DNA of 64,000 nucleotides, taken from Caulobacteraceae bacterium (GTDB taxonomy: Bacteria > Pseudomonadota > Alphaproteobacteria > Caulobacterales > Caulobacteraceae). The stretch lies in NCBI GenBank assembly GCA_036488935.1, contig DASXGR010000047.1:150-64149 (forward strand), given 5' to 3'. Below are positions 29,862 through 38,588 of this stretch, one piece after another; within the stretch, counting starts at the first letter, position 1, and the number at the start of each line of letters is the position of its first letter. Under the pieces are notes generated by a model. That model made no database searches and had not been told where the DNA came from. It was given only the letters and a program-made list of their open reading frames with translations. The translations under genes were made by a program, and so were the position numbers.

Positions 29862-30506
29862 TTGATGGAGAACATGCTGCACGCACCGCCGCAACGCCGC
29901 CGCACCCAGGCCGAGCGCAGAGACGAGTCCGAACGTGGACTGGTGAAGGCTGCGATCGCCGTAGTGTCCGAAGAAGGGGTCAGCGCCGCGACCTTCGAGG
30001 CCATCGGCCAGCGCGGCGGCTACAGCCGCGGGCTCGTCGGGCAGCGCTTCGGCTCGAAGCTCGGTCTGATAGAGGCTGTGATCACCTACCTGCATGACGA
30101 GAAGGAAACTCTCGCGACGGGCCCCAGCATCGACAGCCTGCCTGGCCTTGAAGCGCTTCTGACCCATGTCGACCTCTATCTACAGAGGCTGTCGAACCTG
30201 GGTGAGCTTGGGGCCTACTTCCGCCTCCTGGCATGGGCCGTGGCGGATATCTCCGCCTTCAGGTCGGCCTTTGCCGCAGCCCACGATCACGTCCGCCAGC
30301 GTTTCGAAGCCTGGATCATTCGGGGCCAGCACGAAGGCCACATCCGGTCGGACCTGGACCCAACCGCGGCGGCTCTGATGGTCGGAAGCCAGCTCCTAGG
30401 TCTCTCGATCCAGGTGCTGATCGACCCTGAGATGAACATCGATCCCATCCGCGGCACCTGCGTGGCCACGCTGCGTCAGGCATTCTCCAAGCCCAGGGAG
30501 GCATGA
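29862..30506 (+). CDS. TetR/AcrR-family regulator
   Basis: RRTQAERR...GVSAATFEAIGQRGGYSRGLV..RFGSK.GL HTH. Confidence 0.93.
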   Translation: MMENMLHAPPQRRRTQAERRDESERGLVKAAIAVVSEEGVSAATFEAIGQRGGYSRGLVGQRFGSKLGLIEAVITYLHDEKETLATGPSIDSLPGLEALLTHVDLYLQRLSNLGELGAYFRLLAWAVADISAFRSAFAAAHDHVRQRFEAWIIRGQHEGHIRSDLDPTAAALMVGSQLLGLSIQVLIDPEMNIDPIRGTCVATLRQAFSKPREA

Positions 30507-30509
30507 AAG

Positions 30510-30684
30510 TGGGCCACGAACCTCACGAACTCCACGAACGGGTGTTCGCATAGGCGTCAGACGGCCGGACGTTCGATGGGCGCCTTGGCGCGCCTCCGAA
30601 GTTCAACTGGAAGCGGGCGCGCAGGACGGCGAACGTCTCTTCCCGTGGAGCCCTGTTCGTGGAGTTCGTGAGGTTCGTGGCCCA
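30510..30684. mobile_element. 175-bp non-coding element with perfect 30-bp terminal inverted repeats (MITE/REPIN-like)
   Basis: TGGGCCACGAACCTCACGAACTCCACGAAC (30510-30539) is the exact reverse complement of 30655-30684; arms are 3x CACGAAC; nested IR GACGTTCG/CGAACGTC. Confidence 0.8.
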
Positions 30685-30711
30685 TCTGCGCAACGCAGCC
30701 ACGATCATAAT

Positions 30712-30734
30712 ATTGCTGGCTATCCAACAATCAT
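30712..30734. promoter_or_regulatory. Candidate TetR operator upstream of the P450
   Basis: ATTGCTGGCTATCCAACAATCAT, pseudo-palindrome TTGYTGG-N4-CCARCAA. Confidence 0.65.
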
Positions 30735-30783
30735 GTATGAAGCCGATCCGATTTCGAGCCGCAAACGTGAATTTGGAACGCCG

Positions 30784-32058
30784 ATGCCAGCTGCGCCACA
30801 GGACATCCTCGCGACCGTCGTCGATCCGAAGGCGCACGCCGACCCGCCGCGAATCAACGCCGCTTACGCATGGCTGCGCCGGAACGATCCCCTCGCCCTG
30901 GCCGAACTGCCCGGCCTCGATCCGTTCCGGATCGTCACCAAGCACGCCGACATTCTCGAAATCAGCCGCGACAACCGCCTGTTCCCCTATGGCGACTTTC
31001 CCTCGACGCACGCGCCGCCCGAGCAGGTGGAGCGCGGGCGCGCGGCGCGGGCGGCGGGCCGGCCCCTGCTCTACACCCTGGTGCAGATGGATGAGCCGGA
31101 CCACATGAAGTACCGCGCCCTGACCCAGGCCTGGTTCATGCCGCAGAACATCCGCAAGCTCGAGGCTCACACCCGCGAGCTGGCGCGCGAAGCGGTCGCC
31201 CGGATGGAGGCCATGGGCGGGGAATGCGACTTCGTGAACGAGGTCGCCCTGCACTTCCCCCTGCGCGTGATCATGGGGATCCTCGGCGTGCCCCGCGAGG
31301 ACGAGCCGCGCATGCTCAAGCTGACCCAGGAGCTGTTCGGCGCCACCGATCCGGACCTGCGCCGCAATGAGGGTGGCGCGACGCCTGAGGCCCGGCAGGC
31401 GGACATTCAGGCCACGATGGCGGACTTCTTCAACTATTTCAATGCATTGACGGAAGACCGCCGTGCCAGGCCGAGGGACGACGTGGCCAGCACGATCGCC
31501 AACGCCACCATCGACGGCCAGCCGATCTCGGCCTTCGACGCCGTCTCCTACTACCTGATCATCGCCACCGCCGGGCACGACACGACCTCGTCCTCTACCG
31601 CCGGCGCGATGTGGGCCCTGGCCGAGCGACCGGCCGAGCTGGCTAAGGTTCGGTCCAACCCGGCTCTGATCTCCGGCCTGGTCGACGAGTCGATCCGCTG
31701 GACCACGCCGGTCCGGCACTTCATGCGCAGCGCCGCGCAAGACACCACCGTGCGCGGACAGGCCATCGCCAAGGGCGAGTGGCTGATGCTGTGCTACCCC
31801 TCCGGCAACCGCGACGAGGAGGTGTTCGAAGACCCGGACGAGTTCCGCGTCGATCGCAGTCCCAACCGCCATCTGGCGTTCGGCTATGGCGCCCACCTCT
31901 GCCTCGGCCAGCACCTGGCGAAGATGGAGATGCGCATCCTCTGGGAGGAACTGCTGCCCAGGCTGAGCTCAGTCGGCCTGGCCGGCGAGGCCAAGCTCTC
32001 CGAAGCCAGCTTCGTCAACGGCCCCAAGACCCTGCCGATCCGCTACGCCCTGGCCTGA
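30784..32058 (+). CDS. Cytochrome P450, CYP108 (P450terp)-like
   Basis: AYAWLR.NDPL, MDEPDHMKYR.LT..WF.P.NIRKLE, EPRMLKLTQE.FG, I-helix IATAGHDTTSSS, ESIRWTTPVRHFMR, heme motif HLAFGYGAHLCLGQHLAKMEM. Confidence 0.93.
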   Translation: MPAAPQDILATVVDPKAHADPPRINAAYAWLRRNDPLALAELPGLDPFRIVTKHADILEISRDNRLFPYGDFPSTHAPPEQVERGRAARAAGRPLLYTLVQMDEPDHMKYRALTQAWFMPQNIRKLEAHTRELAREAVARMEAMGGECDFVNEVALHFPLRVIMGILGVPREDEPRMLKLTQELFGATDPDLRRNEGGATPEARQADIQATMADFFNYFNALTEDRRARPRDDVASTIANATIDGQPISAFDAVSYYLIIATAGHDTTSSSTAGAMWALAERPAELAKVRSNPALISGLVDESIRWTTPVRHFMRSAAQDTTVRGQAIAKGEWLMLCYPSGNRDEEVFEDPDEFRVDRSPNRHLAFGYGAHLCLGQHLAKMEMRILWEELLPRLSSVGLAGEAKLSEASFVNGPKTLPIRYALA

Positions 32059-32118
32059 CCGGCCCCTTCACCCAAACGGCGTCATTGAGCGGCGGCGTCG
32101 CGCCTTCGGAGAGTGTTC

Positions 32119-32913
32119 ATGATCATCGATCTCACCGGCCGCAAAGCCGTCGTCAGCGGGTCCACCGGCGGCATCGGCCGCGCGATCGCGGAAGGGCTGG
32201 CCAAGGCCGGCGCCTCCGTCGTCATCAATGGCAGGGGCGAGGCGCGCGTGGCGACTGCGCTGCAGGAGATGCGGGCGGCGCTGCCAGAGGCAAAACTCGA
32301 CGGCGTCGCGGCGGACCTGGCGACTGCCGAGGGCGTCGCGGCCTTCATCGGGCACGCTGCGGACGCCGACATCCTCGTCAACAATCTGGGGACCGCCGTT
32401 CCCAAGCCCTTCGAGGCCTTGAAGGACGAGGATTGGCTGAGCCTCTTCCAGACCAATGTGATGAGCGGCGTGCGCATGACCCGCCACTATCTCCCGGCGA
32501 TGGTGAAGCGGGGCTGGGGTCGCGTGATCTTCATCTCCAGCGAGTCGGCCGTGAACATCCCCAAGGAGATGATCGACTACGGCATGACCAAGGTGGCGCA
32601 GCTGGCGATTTCGCGCGGCCTGGCCGAACAGGTCGCCGGGTCCGGCGTGACGGTCAATGCGGTCTTGCCGGGTCCGACGCGATCCGAAGGTCTTGGCCGC
32701 TACGTGAAGGCGGCGGCGGAGTCGCAAGGCGTGACCCAGGAGGTCATCGAGCAGCAGTTCCTGACCGCCTTCCGTCCGACATCCCTGATCAAGCGCTTCG
32801 CCACCACCGAGGAGGTCGCCAACATGGTCGTCTATGTCTGTTCGGAACAGGCCTCGGCGACCACCGGCGCCGCCCTGCGGGTCGACGGCGGCGTCGTCCG
32901 CTTCGTCGCGTAA
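32119..32913 (+). CDS. SDR family oxidoreductase
   Basis: SGSTGGIG, DILVNNLG, FISSES, YGMTK, NAVLPGPT. Confidence 0.93.
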   Translation: MIIDLTGRKAVVSGSTGGIGRAIAEGLAKAGASVVINGRGEARVATALQEMRAALPEAKLDGVAADLATAEGVAAFIGHAADADILVNNLGTAVPKPFEALKDEDWLSLFQTNVMSGVRMTRHYLPAMVKRGWGRVIFISSESAVNIPKEMIDYGMTKVAQLAISRGLAEQVAGSGVTVNAVLPGPTRSEGLGRYVKAAAESQGVTQEVIEQQFLTAFRPTSLIKRFATTEEVANMVVYVCSEQASATTGAALRVDGGVVRFVA

Positions 32914-33092
32914 GAGCGCCTTCCGCACCGGCCCAGGTTGGCGCTGCGCTCTGCTCAAAATCCAACATTCGAGCTCTGCTGGACGGTTAACGCCGCTCTG
33001 GCCGTGGCGTCTGCTTCCGGGAGTTGGATCAAGGGAGAAGCTCGACCCTGAGCGGACCTAAGCGGGAGCGGCAGGCGGGCGCTGACACTCGG

Positions 33093-33689
33093 CTAACCGT
33101 GGCGCTTACGCCTGGGATGAAAGGCCTCGCCTGACGCAAGCCGCGCCACGACTTCGGCGATCTTCGCGGCCCGACGGTCCGGCCCCTTGGCCCAATGGAC
33201 GCGATAAAGGACCGCATAGCGGTTCGCTGCGTCAAGACTGTCGAAGAACCAGCGCGCATCGGGCTGCGCCTCGAGGGCGGCTACCAGGTCCGGGTCGGGA
33301 GTTGCGCGGCCCTGAGGCGGGTACGCCGCCTCCCAACGTCCGTCGGCCTTCCCGCGCGCAACCTCAGCCAAGCCTGCGGGCTTCATTCGACCATCGGCGA
33401 TCAGACGCTCCACGCGTTCCCGGTTCATCTGGGACCAGGCGCTGCGGGCCTTACGCGGCGTGAACCGAACCTTGTAATAATGTTCGTCCACGCGGCCGAG
33501 CTGCCCGTCGATCCAGCCATAGGCGAGTGCGCTGTCGATTGCGTCCGACTTGCTTAGCGTCGTCTCCGGCGCGCCTGGCTTGCCGAACGTCAGCCAGGCG
33601 CCAGCGGCGGGTTCCGGTTGATCTGCGAGCCAGCTCTCGAAAGCGTCGGCGTCTCGGAAGGTCAGGAGTGGAAGTTCTTGCGAAGGCAC
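33093..33689 (-). CDS. YdeI/OmpD-associated family protein
   Basis: AIDSALAYGWIDG, FTPRKARSAWSQ.N, GRMKPAGLAEV, DGRWEAAY, NRYAVLYRV..AK. Confidence 0.88.
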   Translation of the reverse strand: MPSQELPLLTFRDADAFESWLADQPEPAAGAWLTFGKPGAPETTLSKSDAIDSALAYGWIDGQLGRVDEHYYKVRFTPRKARSAWSQMNRERVERLIADGRMKPAGLAEVARGKADGRWEAAYPPQGRATPDPDLVAALEAQPDARWFFDSLDAANRYAVLYRVHWAKGPDRRAAKIAEVVARLASGEAFHPRRKRHG

Positions 33690-33933
33690 GCGAACTCCAA
33701 TTTGCGACGTCGCCCGCCATCGGCCGATGGCATGGGAGCTTAATGCGATGGCGCCCGGAGTGACTGCAAGCCGCCCTTTTGCGAACCTCGGATCGCCCGC
33801 TTACCTGTAGCAGCGCGTCGCACTAACGCTTGCTCTCTGGCGCGCGTCACCAGCCCCTAAACGTGTAATTCCAGGCGTTTGATGCGTCTTTCTGGCGACC
33901 TGCTTCTCACTTCGCCAAGTCTCTGGGCCCGGG

Positions 33934-34992
33934 CTATTTCGATCCAACAAAGTCCGCGGGCAGGTCCGCCCCCGTCGGTCGGCCGTCAACGATCTGGTCG
34001 AGATACTCCGACAGGCCGTAGCCGACCTTCCCGTCACAGCGGTATTCGGTCATCCCTTCGGTGATCCGCGTCGTCAGCTCCGCCCCGTCAGGCGTCTTGC
34101 GGCGGTTGCGCAGAGGGACCGGCGATAGCACCCGGCCCTCGACCTGGTACTCCGCCCCGGACTCCGTCCTGATCCGCGAGCGCAGCGCGGTCTGGTAGCC
34201 CTCGTTGTCCCAGTCGCTTTCGATGCTGGCTTCCTTGATCAGGTCGTAGACCCCGTCCTTCAGCACCATGCCGCCCTGGCGCACCTGGCCCTCCTCGTTG
34301 GCGACCAGCGAGATCATCATCGCAAAGTCGGACCCGAAGTTCATCGGGCACCAGCGGTACCAGTTGATCGCCTGCCAGTGGCGCGGGCCCCAGCTCTTGT
34401 CGCGCAGACCGTGACCGGAGACTTCGAAGCTCTCCTCGCCGACGGTGAAGCGGCCCTTCGCGGCCATGTGCTGCTCGTAGTGGGCGCGCGCGAACGACTT
34501 CTCCGGGTCGACCTCCAGGGAAGAGCCGTCTTCCTTCACCGTCTCCCCGCCGAACATCGGCGAGACTCCCTCGTAATCCAGCTCCACCGTGCAGGGCAGC
34601 TGCGGGTTCGTCTTGAAAGCCTTGGACGGCTCGGCCATCTCGCCTGGCCGCTCGAGCAGCAGCACCTTGCCCGAATAGGTGACGCGCAGTCGCTTGAGCG
34701 GCTCGACCACCTCGACCTTAAGCCCGCCGGCGTTCATCTCGGTGTTGCCGCTGATCCTGGGCCGGCCGAACATGAAACCGACCCGCCCGCCAGGCAGGTA
34801 CAGGCAGATCGAAATCTCCGCATAGCCTTCGTTTGGCCGGTTACCGATGCGGAACCAGCCGCCGACCTTTTGGGCCGGATCGAACATGTTGAAATACATG
34901 CTCTCGTTATAGTTGGTCGCTGCGTCGGGAACGTGGGGGAATTCGTCCTGGGGCTCCAGTCTAACCTTGAAGCCTTGTGGAGAACGGGCCAT
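33934..34992 (-). CDS. Hypothetical protein, CrtC/AttH-like fold suspected
   Basis: YNESMYFN, GGLKVEVVEPLKR, HYEQH..KGRFTVG, GLRDKSWGPRHW. Confidence 0.6.
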   Translation of the reverse strand: MARSPQGFKVRLEPQDEFPHVPDAATNYNESMYFNMFDPAQKVGGWFRIGNRPNEGYAEISICLYLPGGRVGFMFGRPRISGNTEMNAGGLKVEVVEPLKRLRVTYSGKVLLLERPGEMAEPSKAFKTNPQLPCTVELDYEGVSPMFGGETVKEDGSSLEVDPEKSFARAHYEQHMAAKGRFTVGEESFEVSGHGLRDKSWGPRHWQAINWYRWCPMNFGSDFAMMISLVANEEGQVRQGGMVLKDGVYDLIKEASIESDWDNEGYQTALRSRIRTESGAEYQVEGRVLSPVPLRNRRKTPDGAELTTRITEGMTEYRCDGKVGYGLSEYLDQIVDGRPTGADLPADFVGSK

Positions 34993-35100
34993 GGCGTCTC
35001 CTTCCGGCCGATCAACTCGGCGACGAACATTCTTCGCGATGCGCCCAACCTGGGCTCAATGTCGCGGCGTCAACGCAAGCGCAAAGTCGCGCCCATCCGA

Positions 35101-36027
35101 CTATGCCGCTGACGGCGCTGGCGCCGGCTGTTGGGAGCCGGGGCCGGCGAGCGAGGTGAATTGCGGCGCCATCTTCGGCAGGGCCTCGCTGAGGATCGAG
35201 GCCACGCTCCAGGTGTCGGCGGCGGTGACGCTCTCGATCGGGCGCGGTTGGCTGAACAGTTCGAGCGTCTCGGCGCGGGCGCCGAAGATCTGGCCGCTCA
35301 CGGCCTTGGCCGCAGGCGAGGCCAGCGCCACCGCCAGCTTGGCGGGCTGGTCGGGGCGCAGCGCGGCCTGCATCGCTTTCATCCGCGCCGCGCCGGCTTC
35401 GTCCTTGACTGGGATGGTGGCGATCAGGCGCGTCCAGGCGACGGGGGCGATGATGTTGGAGCGGACGTTCTTCGAGGCCCCCTCCATCGCCACCACGCGC
35501 GAGAGGCCCATGATGCCGAGCTTGGCGGCCGCGTAGTTGGCCTGGCCGATGTTGCCGATCAGGCCCGAGGTCGAGGTGAAGAGGACGTAGGAGCCCTCGT
35601 TCTGGTTGCGGAAGTGCTCCACCGTTGCGCGGCAGACGTTGTAGGAGCCGCGCAGGTGGACATCGACCACGACGTCCCAGTCCTCGTCCGGCATCTTGTG
35701 GAACATGCCGTCACGCAGGATTCCGGCCGGATTGATCACGGCATGCAGGCCGCCGAAGGTGTCCAGCGCCTGTTCGAGCATGCCCTTCACCGAGGCCATG
35801 TTGCTGACGCTCTCGGAGTTCGCGGCGGCCTCGCCGCCGGCGGCGCGGATCTCGCGCGCCACGGACTCGGCTGGACCTGCAGAACCCTCGTCGCCGCCGC
35901 GCTCGCCGCCGCCGAGGTCGTTCACCAGCACCTTGGCGCCTTCTCGCGCCGCAATCAGGGCACACTCCCGGCCGATGCCGTTGCCGCCCCCGGTGACGAG
36001 CACCACCTTGCCGTCCAATGCGCCCAT
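35101..36027 (-). CDS. SDR, hydroxyacyl-CoA dehydrogenase/MFE-2-like
   Basis: TGGGNGIG, GAKVLVNDLGG, AGILRDGMFHKM, GNIGQANYAAAKLG. Confidence 0.92.
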   Translation of the reverse strand: MGALDGKVVLVTGGGNGIGRECALIAAREGAKVLVNDLGGGERGGDEGSAGPAESVAREIRAAGGEAAANSESVSNMASVKGMLEQALDTFGGLHAVINPAGILRDGMFHKMPDEDWDVVVDVHLRGSYNVCRATVEHFRNQNEGSYVLFTSTSGLIGNIGQANYAAAKLGIMGLSRVVAMEGASKNVRSNIIAPVAWTRLIATIPVKDEAGAARMKAMQAALRPDQPAKLAVALASPAAKAVSGQIFGARAETLELFSQPRPIESVTAADTWSVASILSEALPKMAPQFTSLAGPGSQQPAPAPSAA

Positions 36028-36080
36028 TCTGAAAATCCTCCTCAGCTGCGTCCCGCTGTTTTCAGCGTCTCAGCCTCGTT

Positions 36081-36119
36081 GGGATAGCAGCAACTTACTG
36101 GTTGGCCAACAATCAAATC
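36081..36119. promoter_or_regulatory. 39-bp operator-like element, copy 2
   Basis: GGGATAGCAGCAACTTACTGGTTGGCCAACAATCAAATC, between the divergent SDR and AKR genes. Confidence 0.75.
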
Positions 36120-36161
36120 GACTTCTATAACCGGGCCCCTTCCGTCAGGAGTCGCCTCGCC

Positions 36162-37103
36162 ATGCAAACCGTTCGTCTCGGCCGCACCAACGCCGAGGTC
36201 AGCGTCGCCGGCCTCGGGTGCGGCGGACACAGCCGCCTGGGCATGGCCCGGGGTGCGGATGTGAGCCACGCCGCGGGGGTCGTCCGGCGCGCCCTCGACC
36301 TCGGCGTCAGCTTCATTGACACGGCCCGCGCGTACGGCACCGAGGAAGCGGTGGGCCAGGGGATCGCGGGACGGCGCGACCAGGTGTTCCTGTCGACCAA
36401 GGCCAGCCCCCGCCGCGGCGATGGGGCGCTGCTCACCGCCGCCGAACTGACCGAGAGCCTTGAAGGCTCCCTGCGCCGGCTGGGAACTGATCACGTGGAC
36501 GTCTTCCACCTGCACGGCGTGCAGGGCGCCCAGTACGAGCACTGCGCCAAGGTCCTGGTCCCCGAGATGAAGCGTCAGCAGGCGGCGGGAAAGATCAGGT
36601 ACCTTGGGATCACCGAGCAGTTCGGCGGCGACACGGGCCACGCCATGCTGCCCCGCGCCCTCGACGACGACCATTTCGATGTGATCATGGTGGGCTTCAA
36701 CCTGGTCAATCCCTCGGCCCGCAAACGGGTGTTTCCCCTGACCTTGGCGCGCGATGTGGGCACGCTGATCATGTTCGCCGTGCGCCGCCAGCTCAGCGAT
36801 CCGGAGGCCCTGCGCGATGCGGTGGCCGGCCTGATCGCGCGCGGCGAGGTGGACGGCGCCCAGATCAACGCCGCCGACCCGCTGGGCTTTCTGCGGGATA
36901 ATGTCGGGATCGGCTCGGCGGTCGAGGCCGCCTACCGGTTCTGCCGCCACGAGCCGGGCGCGCACGTGATCCTCACCGGCACCGGCGACGTCGCCCACCT
37001 GGAGGCCAACCTCGCCGCCATACAGGCTCCGCCGCTTCCTGCGGACGTGCTGGAGCGCCTGACGCACCTGTTCGGCAAGGTGGACAGCGTCTCGGGGAAC
37101 TAG
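36162..37103 (+). CDS. Aldo/keto reductase
   Basis: VS..GLGCGG, catalytic tetrad in IDTARAYG, LSTK, DVFHLH; GKIRYLGIT; ILTGT....HLEANL. Confidence 0.9.
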   Translation: MQTVRLGRTNAEVSVAGLGCGGHSRLGMARGADVSHAAGVVRRALDLGVSFIDTARAYGTEEAVGQGIAGRRDQVFLSTKASPRRGDGALLTAAELTESLEGSLRRLGTDHVDVFHLHGVQGAQYEHCAKVLVPEMKRQQAAGKIRYLGITEQFGGDTGHAMLPRALDDDHFDVIMVGFNLVNPSARKRVFPLTLARDVGTLIMFAVRRQLSDPEALRDAVAGLIARGEVDGAQINAADPLGFLRDNVGIGSAVEAAYRFCRHEPGAHVILTGTGDVAHLEANLAAIQAPPLPADVLERLTHLFGKVDSVSGN

Positions 37104-37193
37104 AGCGCCGTCCTCCCCCAAGTGGGAACGGGTTGGGCGACCGGAAGGCGCTCACGCTACCGGGCGCGCTCCGTGGGTGTTTGCACAACCTGG

Positions 37194-38456
37194 CTAACGC
37201 CTCGCTCGCCGGCGATCCAGCATGACCGACAGGCCGAGGATCGGAATGGCGGCCAGGCCGAGCGCCGCGCCGATCCAGCCGGTGGACGTCCACCCGAAAC
37301 CTGCGGCGATGGAGAGGCCGCCCAACCACGCGCCCAGGGCGTTGGCGAGATTGAACGCCGAGTGGTTGAGTGCGGCGGCGAGCGTCTGCGCGTCGCCCGC
37401 GGTGTCCATCAGCCGGGTCTGGAGCGCCGGCACGATGGCGACGATACCGCCCATGAGGAAGAGGTCGACCACGGCGGTCCAGGTCTGGGCGGCGGCCACG
37501 CCGAACACCGCCAGCACCACAACGCTCCACACCAGACCACCGAGGATCGAGGCCATCAGCGCGCGATCGGCAAGCCACCCCCCAACGAGGCTGCCCGCGA
37601 CCATCCCCAGACCGATCACTGACAGGAACAGGGGTACGCTCGCGAGCGGCGCGCCGGTCACCCGCGTGAGGGCGGGAGTGATGTAACTGTAGACGGCGAA
37701 GAGACCGCCGAAGCCGACAGCCGCCACGCCCAGGGTCAGCCAGACTTGCGCCCGCTTGAGGCCGGCAAGCTCGCGTGTAGGCGAGGCGCCGCTGTGCACG
37801 GGGATGACTGGGACGAACAGGCTCACGAGGGCGGCCGTGAGCAGGCCCAGCCCGCAGACCGCCATGAACGCCGCCCGCCAGCCGAGCCACTGACCCAGCC
37901 AGGTTGCAAAGGGCACACCCACGACATTGGCCACGCTCAGCCCCAGCATTACTCTGCCCACCGCCTTGGCGCGGCCCTCCGGTCCTGCAAGGCCGGCGGC
38001 CACCAGGGCGGCAATGCCGAAATAGGCTCCGTGGGGCAGGCCGGCGAGGAAGCGGGCGGCCACAAGTGGGACGAACGAGGGAGCCGCCGCCGTGGCGGCG
38101 TTACCCAGGGCGAAAAGGATCATCAGCCCGATCAGCATGGCCCGGCGCGGGGCCCTCGCCATCAGAACGGTGATGATCGGAGCCCCGACCACCACGCCCA
38201 GCGCGTACGCACTGATCATGTGACCCGCGGTGGGGATGGACACCCCCACGCTCCGCGCTGCGCCAGGCAGGAGGCCCATCGCGGCGAACTCGCCGGTGCC
38301 GAGGGCGAAGCCGCCCATCGCCAGGGCGAGCTCCGCCATAGCCGCGCCGTGGGGGGTCCGAACCGGAGGCTCCTCTGCATCGCGCGAAAGCGGCGGCAGA
38401 GGTTCGGTCCCCCAACCGGCCTGGTCGTGGGCGCGTTCGTCGAGTTGAAGCTGCAT
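37194..38456 (-). CDS. MFS transporter (DHA1/AraJ-YdhP-like)
   Basis: GGFALGTGEFAAMGLLP, ISAYALGVVVGAP, RFLAGLPHGAYFG, ALNHSAFN.ANALGAWLGG; true start may be downstream. Confidence 0.92.
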   Translation of the reverse strand: MQLQLDERAHDQAGWGTEPLPPLSRDAEEPPVRTPHGAAMAELALAMGGFALGTGEFAAMGLLPGAARSVGVSIPTAGHMISAYALGVVVGAPIITVLMARAPRRAMLIGLMILFALGNAATAAAPSFVPLVAARFLAGLPHGAYFGIAALVAAGLAGPEGRAKAVGRVMLGLSVANVVGVPFATWLGQWLGWRAAFMAVCGLGLLTAALVSLFVPVIPVHSGASPTRELAGLKRAQVWLTLGVAAVGFGGLFAVYSYITPALTRVTGAPLASVPLFLSVIGLGMVAGSLVGGWLADRALMASILGGLVWSVVVLAVFGVAAAQTWTAVVDLFLMGGIVAIVPALQTRLMDTAGDAQTLAAALNHSAFNLANALGAWLGGLSIAAGFGWTSTGWIGAALGLAAIPILGLSVMLDRRRARR

Positions 38457-38588
38457 GATAGTGGGCGGTCAGTCCTGCTGGAGCGTCTTTCAACGAAGCG
38501 GGAACTGGTCGCCGCAAGAAAGCGCGTTAAATCAAAGAATTAGAGCGCAGCTCCGACGCAATCGGAACTGCGCTCCAGCGAGCGCCAA

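Noticed and set aside
32914-33092. Possible attC-like or cassette boundary next to the YdeI gene (GACCCTGAGCGGAC) and palindrome GCCATCGGCCGATGGC at 33716-33731
   Set aside because: No paired R'/R'' or L'/L'' boxes could be demonstrated, no second copy and no integron integrase; short GC-rich palindromes arise by chance
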